64,000 nucleotides of DNA, taken from the NCBI RefSeq assembly GCF_963921235.1, contig NC_086108.1, positions 67,706,001 to 67,770,000 on the forward strand, written 5' to 3'. Numbering within the stretch: the first letter of the stretch is position 1; every line of letters starts with the position of its first letter. The notes below the pieces were generated by a model, which was not told the DNA's origin, ran no database searches, and saw only the letters and a program-made list of their open reading frames with translations. This document shows positions 24,624 through 36,207 of the stretch, in pieces. Both the position numbers and the translations under genes were made by a program. This stretch comes from Mobula hypostoma (lineage: Eukaryota).

Positions 24624-27100
24624 GCACCTCTTCCTACAGATGCTGCCTGGCCTGCTGCGTTCACCAGCAACTTTGATGTGTGTTGCAGAGAGATTTCAGG
24701 ATCTTTTCTCGATCCAATAAATCCATGCCTGAAAGGTTGTAATGTGGAATTAACAGGAAGAATGGAGGAAGAACTGATCTTGCTGCAAAATGACTTTGAG
24801 CTGAAGGCAAGGTTCAAAAAAATCATACCAAGACTTTTGGTTGCAGATAGAAATCTCTCAATGCTATCCTGTACTGTGGAAAGAGATTACCACATTCTTT
24901 AGTGCTATCCAATGTTATATTTAGTGGAGCATGGTTTCAGAGCAGTCACCCAACTTCTTTCAAAGCAAAGAAACAGACTGTAAATTACTGAACGTGAGGA
25001 TCTGAGACTCCATCTGATTGACAATCAGCTTGATGTTGAGAAGCTGATATCACAGCACCCAGCCCATCCATCTTATTGAAATGTGAAAAAGCAATGTGGT
25101 ATTACTACTAATGAATGCTTTAAAGTTGCCGATGAAAATTGTTTTTATAGTAATTAAAGAAAGAAATAATTTTATTTGTAGCTTTAAAATGACTTGAATA
25201 ATTTTTTGTATTATTTGTAACTACTTTGAATTTACAGTTCCTAGTTTCTTTCTCTGTGTATCGTAAATTAATATTCTGTAGAGTTTTTATGGAATGACTG
25301 GAATGGGAAAGGGGTGCGCTGGGGATGTGGTCTGCAACCCAATGAGAGTGGTAACCCAAACAAATTTGGAAACCACTGATCTAGATCTTACTTAATTTAT
25401 CTAGATTTTTATTAAACACATCCATGCTATTCACATCAACTACATTTTTTGCCTTGTAAATTCCACACACTAATCACTGATTAAAGATTTTTCTCCGGGT
25501 TTCTATATTGGATTAAGAATCACCATCCATTTTTTTTTATATTTCTTGTCTGGTTTCCATTATGTCTGATTTCCTTCCCAATTTACTGGGCAGCTGAAAA
25601 TTCATAAGAAAGCTTATGAAAGGTTTTGATTCAAAATTCTATCCTTGAGTTCCTTTGCAAGGTTTCTTGGAGATCCTTGAACAGTATGGGACCAAGATAT
25701 ATAACTTAAAAAAGACAGAATGATTTAGCATACCAAAACATAACTGAACGTTCATAACAAAACTTCAGATGCTGGTCTAGATAAAGGCTCACATATTACC
25801 TGACTATTATTGTACAACAAGCTCTGACATAAGCTTTCAAAGTACCTTACTCACATAAAACCATGATTCAGTCAACATATTGATTCAATTTCCATTGGTA
25901 GCAATAATTATTGGAATATATTTATGAATGTTTCCAGCAAAACTGACTAAATAATAAATAATGTTACTTAGAATCTATAGAAAAATATGGTCTGGTGCTG
26001 AGGAACAGTGAAATTGTCATATTAGTCCCTCAGAATTGTTCAGCCAGCTAATATTATGGCTGAACTGTGACTTCTTCATATATGTGGCTTATATATATTT
26101 GCCTTAGCATTCTGTCATAACAAAACTTGTCAATCTCAGATTTAAAAGCAACAATTTATTTGGTATCAATTTTCATTTATGGAAGTATTTTTCAATCTTC
26201 TATCATTCTCTGTGTTTCTTGTTTTCACTCCTGAAAGGCAGGACATTAAATTTTGAACTCTACCCACTATATTTCTAGATTCCTCCACTTGTGAATAAAA
26301 TCTAAAGAAAATGGCCAGCGGTAAATAAAGAGAGGAGATTATGTCTGTGAGCCTGCTACCAGGATAGTCCTCTAAATTGTTTTTAGGTAATGAGAAGTTT
26401 TTCTGCTCTTTGTTCATTATGAAGGTGCAGAAATGAGTGTATGGACCAAAAGAGTGTCAGATGAGTACATTTGTTAAAGGGTATCCACGGGGGTCAAGTT
26501 TTGAGCACCTTTCTCAGATCAGCTCAGGTGGGGACCCCTATACATCAAAAAGAAACAGCACTCACAGGCATTGTGAATAGCGTTGGCTGTCCATTTCCCT
26601 CCATAAATCTTGCCTGACCAACTGAGTACCTCCAGCACATTGTGTGAAAGTCAGCCCTTGGATTGAGTGGTCTGTGGGTAATGGGAGCCATATACACCAT
26701 TGAAAATCTGGAAGTGGCACCCAGGCATGCATTAAATGTTATTGTTTTAATATCTGTTAAATTATTAAATGCACAGGGAACTTGAAACGAAAACTATAGA
26801 CAATCAGTATTTTATGTGGATGAAATTTTTTAATACTGGTTTCATTGCTTGTTGTACCATTACATTCAGATAATATACAAGGCTTTATAGACCATGATCT
26901 GATGTTTCATTATGTTTTGCTATGTTAAATACATATTTCTGTGTTATTAATTTCTATGTCTTAGCTATATACCATTATTCAAAGTAACTACCACTAACAA
27001 AGGAACTCAAGAATGGATTGCTATTATGCTACTTTGCAATACACACAAAATGCTGGAGGAACTCAGCAGGCCAGGCAGCATCTATGGAAAAGAGTGAACT

Positions 27101-27132
27101 GTTGACATTTCAGACCGAGACCTTTCATCAGG
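27101..27132 (-). ncRNA. Degenerate hammerhead motif (family B)
   Basis: Reverse complement CTGATGA-AAGGTCTCGGTCT-GAAA-TGTC; partner at 30748-30775 has GAAA changed to GGAA. Confidence 0.6.
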
Positions 27133-27867
27133 CCTCGAAAAAGAGATGAGAAGTCAGAGCAGGAAGATGGGGGGAGGGGAGGAAGAAGTACAAAGTGGCA
27201 GGTGATAGGTGAAACTGGGAAGGGGGAGGGGCATAAAGAGCTGAGAAGTTGATTGGTGAAAAAGATAAAGGGCTGGAGAAGGGGGAATCTGATAGGAGAG
27301 GGTAGAAGACAATGGAAGAAAGGGAATAGGGAAGAACACCAGAGGGAGGTGATGGGCAGGTAAGGAGATAAGATGAGAGACGGAAATGGGAATGGGGGAA
27401 TGGTGAAGTGCCGGGGGGTGGGGGTGGCAATTACCAGAAGTTCAAGAGATCAATGTTCATGGCATCAGGTTGGAAGCTACCACTCCAGCCTGAGTGTGGC
27501 CTAATCGCAGCAGTAGAGGATGCCATAGGCTGACATGTCAAAATGGGAATGGGAAGTATAATTGAAATTGGTGGCCACCGGGAGACACAGCATTTTCTGG
27601 TGGACGGTTTGTAGGTTCTCAGCGAAGCAGTCCCCCAGTCTACGTTGGGTCTCACTGATATACAGGAGGCCAAACTGGGAGCACCGGATACAGAATGATG
27701 ATCCCCACAGACTCACAGGTGAAGTGTCGCCTCACCTGGAAGGACTGTTTAGAGCCCTGAATAGTAGTGAGGGAGGAGGTGTAGGGGCAGGTGTGGCACT
27801 TGTTACTTGCAAGGAGAAGTGCCAAGAGGGAGATCAGTGGGGTTGGACAAATGGACAAGGGAGCTGT

Positions 27868-28135
27868 GAAATATAGAAACATAGAAAACCTACAGCACAA
27901 TACAGGCCTTTTGGCCCACAAAGCTGTGCCAAACTTGTCCTTACCTTAGAAATTACCCAGGGTTACCCATAGCCCTCCATTTTTCTAAGTTCCATGTACC
28001 TATCCAGGAATCTCTTATAAGACCCTATTTTATCCACCTCCATCACCGTCGCTGACAGCCCATTCCACGCACTCACCACTCTCTGCATAAAATCTTACCC
28101 CTGACATCTCCTCTGTACCTACTTCCAAGCACCTT
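27868..28135 (-). mobile_element. CR1 3' end fragment
   Basis: Matches 6969-7240, including the GAAACATAGAAAAC tail. Confidence 0.92.
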
Positions 28136-30356
28136 GTCTCCATTCCAACCTCACTCCTTCGGAACGCTCTGCTCTCCACTCCCTCCGCACTAATCCTAAC
28201 CTTATTATTAAACCCGCCGATAGGGGGGGTGCTGCTGTAGTCTGGCGTACTGACCTCTACCTTGCCAAGGCACAGCGACAACTCGCGGATACCTCCTCTT
28301 GATCATGACCCCACTAAGGAGCACCAGGGCATTGTCTCCCACACCATCACCATCCACTGCTACCAACCTCATAGTTCCCACACCTCGCACTTCCCGTTTC
28401 TACCTCCTACCCAAGATCCACAAGCCTGCCTGTCCTGGCCAACCTATTGTCTCAGCTTGCTCCTGCCCCACCGAACTCGTTTCTGCATACCTCGACATGG
28501 TTTTATCCCCCCTTGTTCAATCCCTTCCGACCTATGTTCGTGACACTTCTCACGCTCTTAAACTGTTCGATGATTTTAAGTTCCCTGGCCCCCACCGCTT
28601 TATTTTCACCATGGATGTCCAGTCTCTATATACTTCCATCCCCCATCAGGAAGGTCTCAAAGCTCTACGCTTCTTTTTGGATTCCAGACCTAATCAGTTC
28701 CCCTCTACCACCACTCTGTTCCGTCTAGCAGAATTAGTCCTTACTCTTAATAATTTCTCCTTTGGCTCCTCCCACTTCCTCCAAACTAAAGGTGTAGCTA
28801 TGGGCACCCGTATGGGTCCTAGCTATGCCTGCCTTTTTGTTGGCTTTGTGGAACAATCTATGTTCCGCGCCTATTCTGGTATCTGTCCCCCACTTTTCCT
28901 TCGCTACATCAACGACTGCATTGGCGCTGCTTCCTGCACGTATGCAGAACTCGTTGACTTTATTAACTCTGCCTCCAACTTTCACCCTGCCCTCAAGTTT
29001 ACCTGGTCCATTTCCGACACCTCCCTCCCCTTTCTAGATCTTTCTGTCTCTATCTCTGGAGACAGCTTATCCACTGATGTCTACTATAAGCCTACTGACT
29101 CTCACAGCTATCTGGACTATTCCTCTTCTCACCCTGTCTCTTGCAAAAACGCCATCCCCTTCTCTCAATTCCTCCGTCTCCGCCGCATCTGCTCTCAGCA
29201 TGAGGCTTTTCATTCTAGGACGAGGGAGATGTCTTCTTTTTTTAAAGAAAGGGGCTTCCCTTCCTCCACTATCAACTCTGCTCTTAAACGCATCTCCCCC
29301 ATTTCACGTACATCTGCTCTCACTCCATCCTCCCGCCACCCCAGTAGGATAGGGTTCCCCTGGTCCTCACCTACCACCCCACCAGCCTCCGGGTCCAACA
29401 TATTATTCTCCATAACTTCCGCCACCTCCAACGGGATCCCACCACTAAGCACATCTTTCCCTCCCCCCCCCCTGCATTCCGCAGGGATCGCTCCCTACGC
29501 AACTCCCTTGTCCATTCGTCCCCCCCATCCCTCCCCACTGATCTCCCTCCTGGCACTTATCCATGTAAGCGGAATAAGTGCTACACATGCCCTTACACTT
29601 CCTCCCTTACCACCATTCAGGGCCCCAAACAGTCCTTCCAGGTGAGGCAACACTTCACCTGTGAGTCGACTGGGGTGATACACTGCATCCGGTGCTCCTG
29701 ATGTGGCCTTTTATATATTGGCGAGACCCGACGCAGACTGGGAGACCGCTTTGCTGAACATCTACGCTCAGTCCACCAGAGAAAGCAGGATCTCCCAGTG
29801 GCCACACATTTTAATTCCACATCCCATTCCCATTCTGACATGTCTATCCACGGCCTCCTCTACTGTAAAGATGAAGCCACACTCAGGTTGGAGGAACAAC
29901 ACCTTATATTCCGTCTGGGTAGCCTCCAACCTGATGGTATGAACATCGACTTCTCTAACTTCCGCTAATGCCTCACCTCCCCCTCGTACCCCATCTGTTA
30001 CTTATTTTTATACACACATTCTTTCTCTCACTCTCCTTTTTCTCCCTCTGTCCCTCTGTATATACCCTTTGCCCATCCTCTGGGTACCCCACCCCCTTGT
30101 CTTTCTTCCCGGACCTCCTGTCCCATGATCCTCTCGTATCCCCTTTTGCTTATCACCTGTCCAGCTCTTGGCTCCATCCCTCCCCCTCCTGTCTTCTCCT
30201 ATCATTTTGGATCTCCCCCTCCCCCTCCAACTTTCAAATCCCTTACTCACTCTTCCTTCAGTTAGTCCTGACGAAGGGTCTCGGCCTGAAACGTCGACTG
30301 CACCTCTTCCTAGAGATGCTGCCTGGCCTGCTGCATTCACCAGCAACTTTGATGTC
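28136..30356 (+). mobile_element. Penelope-like element (family A), second copy: RT + GIY-YIG pseudogene and 3' repeat
   Basis: SNLTPSERSALHSL...IIKPADRGG start; ORF 28299-29645 has RT motifs; frameshift near 29345; TGA at 29699; near-identical to 22633-24680. Confidence 0.96.
30264..30299 (+). ncRNA. Minimal type-I hammerhead ribozyme motif
   Basis: AGTC-CTGACGA-AGGGTCTCGGCCT-GAAA-CGTC-GACT. Confidence 0.87.
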
Positions 30357-31878
30357 AATCCATGGCCTCCTCTACTGCTGTGATGAGGCCATTCTCAGAT
30401 TGGAGGTGTAACACCCTATATTCTATCGGGGTAGCCTCTAACCTGATGGCATGAACACTGATTTGTCATAATTGCAACCCCCCCCCCACTTCACCATTCC
30501 CCCATTCCTATTTCTCTCTCTCACCTTATCTCCTTAACTGCCCATCACCTCCCTCTGGTGCTCCTCCCTCTTCCCTTTCTTCCATTGTCTCCTACCCTCT
30601 CTGGTCAGATTACCCCTTCTCCAGCCCTTTATCTCTTTCACCAATCAGATTCCTAGCCCTTTAACTTCACCCCTCCTGGTTTCACCTATCACCTACCACT
30701 TTGTACTTCTTCCTTCCCTCCCTCACCCTTTTGCTCGGAATTGTCATCTGACGAAGGGTCTCGGCCAGGAATGTCAAGAGTTTCCTCTTTTCCATAGATG
30801 CTGCCTTGCCTGCTGAGTTTCTCGAGCATTCTGTTTGTGTTGCTTTGGATAACCAGCATCTGCAGATTTGCTTGTCCCCATGCTACTTTAATTATTTTGC
30901 CTAGAAATCAGTGAACGCAGTGGACCAGAATGTGATGCTACATTACTTGGCATTTCTCTGCATCTGCCCTATCATGAATAACTTGAAACTCCAAAATTAC
31001 CCCGGACTTTTTAAAAACTACAATCCAGAACTTTCCTTTGTTTTATCTCTCCAAGGCTTCTGAAATAAAAATCGAAATGTTGAAAATGCTCAGCAAGCCT
31101 GATTGGTACAGATTCAACATTTTCAATGCGAACTGTGGAAGATGGAATTTAATTTTAAGGAAACAGTGGAAACATGGATAATTTCATATCTTTCCAAGAA
31201 TGAAATAAATTGAAAATCCCACCGTTAATTATTGTTTAGAATTATAGAGTTGTACCGCACAGAAACGAGTTCCTTTGGCCCATCGTCCATGCCAACCATG
31301 GTGCCCATTTTCTCTAATCCCATTTGCCAGTATTAGACCAATATCCCTCTGTCCCTTTTCTATTCAAGTATCTGCCCAAACACTTTTAAACCCTGTAACT
31401 ATATTTCTCTACTACTTCATCTGGCAGCTTTTTCCAGATAACCACCAGATAAGAAATGTTCATTCTGAACCTCACTTAAATCCCCTGTCTTCAAACATAG
31501 ATTACTGCTTTGGTTCCTGAGGGGATATCCTAATTATTTAGTTACCCTCTTACTTATAATATTCTGATTTTTTTCCAGATTTTCCTTTATCTTACTTGCC
31601 AAGGTCATTTTTTGGCCTCTTTCTGTTCCAATTTATTTTGAAAATGCTTTCCTACCTTCCCAATAAGCTTCAAAGAGCTCTTTCAATAGCAATTTCCTAT
31701 AGCTAGCATATGTTTTTCTTTTTATTCCTGCTTTGTTACATTAGTCTATGGATTTTCTTGCTAAAAACTGAAAGATACTTTATTTTACGAGAAGGTGATC
31801 TCATCACTTAACATTTAATAAATGTCATACAATAAATTAAATTCTTTCTTTGTTTCAAGGGAACCCTAATAATCCCAG

Positions 31879-31973
31879 CAACATACATCAAAGTTGCTGG
31901 TGTACGCAGCAGGCCAAGCAGCGTCTGTAGGAAGAGGTGCAGTCGACGTTTCAGGCCGAGACCCTTCGTCAGG
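31879..31973 (-). mobile_element. Stand-alone ~95-bp Penelope repeat insertion with hammerhead core (31941-31974)
   Basis: TSD ATAATCCCAG (31869-31878, 31974-31983); sequence matches 5517-5610 in reverse. Confidence 0.93.
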
Positions 31974-34900
31974 ATAATCCCAGGTAGAATTTAGGTTACT
32001 AATGAAGTCAGGGTACAATTCACCAGGACTTCTGTGTGTCCAGCATTCATACTCAACATCCAACTGAAAAAAAAGTCATTCAAAATTGATGAGGAATGAA
32101 AGCATGCATCGTACTAAGTAGAAGATCTAAAACTTGATACAGGCTCTTGAACCTGCTGGAAATCTCCACAAGAAAACAATGTAAGATATTTAAATTACTT
32201 AATTTTAAAATTTATTTTGGGTGTAAGTTTTGTTAATAAACCTTCACTTTTTCCCAGCAATTATTTCAGCAGGCAGAACTAAACAGATATTTTTGGAGCA
32301 ATTAAGTGGTGACTTTATGTCATTTGCTGCTTTGTGATTTGATTGCTTTAGTTTAAGCTGTTGGTTGATATTGAATGTTTGGCTTTTCTTTCTGTTTGAT
32401 AAATGAAGCTGATTTTTATACAATGCCAGAATTATACCAACCAACATCGTTAATTGAACCATTCTTATTTTTCTTCCAAATCTTTTGAAATGTGATATTA
32501 GTTTCATCCGTGTTGCTGGTTATGCAAAACTTTTAATTATAAAAATTATATGTGCAGATGGCAAAAAATTAAATTCAAGTCATTTTCATTACTTTAATGA
32601 GGACTACTAAAAATGCCTAGGTTGCTTTATTGCATCCAGTAATTTTCTAAGTGGTCTTCTCGCTTTCCCTGGTAGAGAGTTACTGACAATGTGAAAATCA
32701 ATTATTTGGGAAAGGAAAAAGATTTAACGATAGTTCTCTTATTTCAAAACAGTTACAGCGATGAGTCACTGAGATATAACATCATATAAAGAGGGATGTT
32801 TGTGTATAAAATATGAGCTTGTTCACAGAAGTAATTCTGAAACATTTTTTAAAATATTTTTTATATTTTCCCCTTATACAGTATATAGTAAACTGAAGAT
32901 TACCTTGATTTGTGATTCATTGATGTAATAATCTCTGATTTAACTTAGCTATTTCTGTGGAAGTTTTTTTTCATCTCAAAAGGGTTTTCAAGACAACACT
33001 GGCTGATGGGGCATGAAAATCCATGATTAATAATAATAATAATAATAAGATAACATTTTCTAGTCCTGAGGCTGAAAGAATCACCAGAGGAGAACCTGCT
33101 CAAGCTGATCCTCTGTTTAGCAGAATCATCCCTTACTTTCTACCAGAGATGAGTTTTAGTCTCAATTGCTCCTGGTACAGGAGTTTGCCACAGCAGGCCA
33201 AGAAACCTGGCATGTTAATAATTCCTAATGGACGTTGCCTCACAATTAAAAGGATGCCCAGTTGTCAACCAGTCATCTAGCTTAGCGTGTTAGTCTACAG
33301 ATGAGATGGTGCAGTAGAAAGCTGGATCTTTTAACCCTACATGTCATACAGCCATCTGCATTCTCAGCTGCACTGACAGACCTGCCTTCTTGAACAGGGC
33401 GGACAAGAGCAGCCAAGAAGATAGGCCCCAATTGTGACTACTCAGTGCTTAATGTGGTTCTGCTCTTGAATGAAGTTGTTTGTCATATTGAATTGCTTGT
33501 CTTGTCAATTATAATTATGCAGAAGATAATCAAATGATCAGTAATAACTGGCAACATTGGAACAATGTTATAAAGGCGATTTGGCATCATGAATGCTTGG
33601 TAATGTTGAGAAGGTAGTTCTTGATGTTAATCGATTGTTTTGTGGGGACATTTTCCTGACTTACTCAAGTACCCAAGGTAGAAGAATAGCGATGTAAGTG
33701 ACCCCAGGCAAAGAAAGAATACAGAGAGAAAAATAACTTAAATCCACATTGCCCAGTACTCAACCAACAGATGTGACAACAGCTGATGGATCCAACAGCT
33801 CATGGATTCTCCTTATGACAAGGAAGAAACTTTCAGCAGTTGAGTCTCCTAGCTGTAAAATAATAACTACTGCAGAATTACATCAATGTTAAATGGTATT
33901 GAAAAATCAAAGTGGCACATGTGTTGCCCTGTGCTGAATGAGATAGAATATTCCTGTGTTCAGGTCTATAAAGACAAGTAAATAGAGATATTCTTCAAAG
34001 TCTTCCAATGGTAGAGAACATTCTTAAGTCTCTTTGAAACTTTTAAGAGCTAATCCTGAAATTCAGATTGTCCCTTCCACATAATAGAATGTGCTTTGTG
34101 TGATAATGAGTTGGCACTGATTGTGAGATTAATGTGTATTGTAGCTGCGGTAATTGTGTCAAATTCAAGTAAATTTCTTATCAAAGGAAATGTATCGGAT
34201 GTTTCTATTGGAAAACAAGTGATGAGACAGTTCAAATGTGTTTAAATCACTGTGCCAGTAAATTTTCCAGCTTTAGGATAAACTCCAATTCACCACCTAC
34301 CACACCCACCCCTGACACCTTCGTTGACTATCTACTCTGTCTAAAGGGGTTATCTAAAGGGGTAGTCAAAAATGAGCAGGGCTGGTGTTGACTGACTTGG
34401 ATGCAAAGTTGATTGCTGAAAACAATGCTTGGTATTTCCAGTCTTTGTTGTAGTTTATAAGGCATGGTATGGTAGAGAAAAGAATTTTGGTTTAAGCAAA
34501 ACCCAGTAGTTTCCAGATTCAAATCCTTTGTTCCACTTATCCTAGCATGTAGCACTATAGGTATTCAATTACCTATGCTTGAACCAGGAGAACTTCTTGA
34601 CTTCTAAAAGTAGAAGGCTTCCCTCATCCTCTCCAACTCAACAACTAATGCCAGTCCCTCAGTCATGGAGGACCCATTCACCTGCTTGCAGGAAATTGCA
34701 AACACTTTTAAAATGACTTCCAATGCCTTCCAGAGCCATAGTTCACCTCTTGTTCTGATGTTTACAATGGCTTTAAGAGCTCAAGGTAGTTTGAACTTGT
34801 GCGAACAATTCTTTAAGTTTTATCTTATGCTGGTGAACTAAATCAATCTACAATGCAGTTGGGCTGGCCAAACACTGAATTTGTGATAAGAGCAGGTGAA

Positions 34901-35109
34901 ACATATTTTGTGCACAACTGCTGGTTGCTGTGAATAAAGGTGGGTGAATTCAACACCATCATCTTGTATTCATTTTCCTGCATAATCCAATTAAGCCATC
35001 CTGAGCAGTTCAAGATAGGGGTTATTCTCCACGCAATCACAGGAAAAGTGTAGAATTCAAGGATGGTTTTGGGTAGTAATGCAATTTTTGATTTTGTTTG
35101 TATTATACA

Positions 35110-35565
35110 TAAAGAGGCATTTAGCCGGTTAGGTCCACGGTAGCTTCCTAAAGAAGAAAACTCTGAGTCCCATTACCCCTCTCCATATTTTCCTGTAACC
35201 CTGCTGCTTACTGTTTCAAACAAACCTACATGAAGAGCCAGTTTTCCTTCCAGCACTCCTTTTGAGATATGAGAGGAAACGAACACTAAGGAAATCCTAT
35301 AATCTCAGACAGAACTTGCAAATACCACACAAAGAGCATTCAGGGTGAAGATCCACCTCAGGACCCTGGAGTTATATTAATAGTTATGCCACCATGCTGC
35401 CTTTTGAATTTTGCATGTATTTTTTTAGATGTGTGAGGAAACTGGAGTAGTTGGTACTACTGCAGGGTGCAAATTCTACATTGACTATCAAAGGTCAGGA
35501 TTGAATCAAGATCCCTGGATCTGTGAGGTGGCAGTGCTAACTACCATATCATTCAGCTGCTCTTC
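35110..35565 (-). mobile_element. Two adjacent decayed V-SINE-like remnants
   Basis: TGAGAGGAAAC and TGTGAGGAAACTGGAG motifs plus tRNA-like heads, resembling 60828-61107. Confidence 0.5.
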
Positions 35566-35738
35566 TCACTCTCCAACTGCCACAGACTCTTTGTTCTTCA
35601 AAACTTAGGCAGCTCGTCATTAGCTGAGGGAAATTGGTAGCTGATAATTAGGAGGTTTGCTTAGCGCTGATTAATCTAATGTTATGAAACTTCATGGAGT
35701 CAGTGTAGAAGATTCCCATGGCTGCTGCTTCTCAATTG

Positions 35739-36207
35739 AATTGAACTGAACTGACGTTATTACTTATATCCTTCATATACACGAGGAGTAAAAATCTTAT
35801 CGTTACGTCTTCTTCTAAATGTGCAATGTGCAATTTATAGTAATTTATAATAAATAGTATGTATAACAGGACAGTCAATATAACATAGAAATACAATTGT
35901 ATCAGCGCAAGTTAATCGGTGTGATGTCCTGGAGGAAGAAGCTGTACTGGAGCCTGTTGGTCCTGGTTTTTATGCTGTGGTACCATTTCCCAGATGGTAG
36001 CTGCTGGAATAGATTGTGGTTGGGGTGAATTAGGTCCCCAATGATCCTTCGGGCCCTTTTTACACACTTGTCTTTGTAAATGTCCAGAATAGTGGGAAGT
36101 TCACATCTACAGATGCACTAGGCTATCCGCACCACTCTATGCAGAGTCCTGCAATTGGGGGAAGTTCAGTTCCCATACCAGGCAGTAATAAAGCCAGTCA
36201 GGATGCT
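35739..36207 (-). mobile_element. Rex1/Babar LINE 3' fragment
   Basis: ATTGA/ACTGA tail; TACCATTTCCCAGATGGTAG (LPSGKWY); flanked by CTCAATTG at 35731 and 36208. Confidence 0.85.

Larger units (their letters stand above)
21516..24685. mobile_element. Penelope-like element (family A) with inverted 5' duplication
   Basis: Minus arm 21516-22631 mirrors 23611-24685; 14-bp TSD CAGAGAGATTTCAG (21502-21515, 24686-24699). Confidence 0.96.
20160..25080 (+). pseudogene. hAT transposase pseudogene (Charlie/Buster-like), split at 21515/24686
   Basis: RQYSVExLKY-like start, LQLDESTL (~20676), HCVIHRQ (~20959), TEVKWLSKG (~21119), YLVEHGF (~24917); many stops and frameshifts. Confidence 0.9.
19564..25378 (+). 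mobile_element. Full-length hAT (Charlie/Buster group) DNA transposon, decayed, interrupted by a Penelope element
   Basis: TIRs CAGTGGCTCCCCAAGTTTG / CAAATTTGGAAACCACTG; perfect 8-bp TSD ATCTAGAT (19556-19563, 25379-25386). Confidence 0.93.
27036..30879. mobile_element. Older Penelope-like element (family B) with inverted arms 27036-27867(-) and 30356-30879(+), centre occupied by other elements
   Basis: GIY-YIG remnant CIRCSQFGLLYISETQRRLGD (ORF 27501-27716 -); mirrored pyrimidine-rich UTRs; 10-bp TSD ATGCTACTTT (27026-27035, 30880-30889). Confidence 0.88.
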
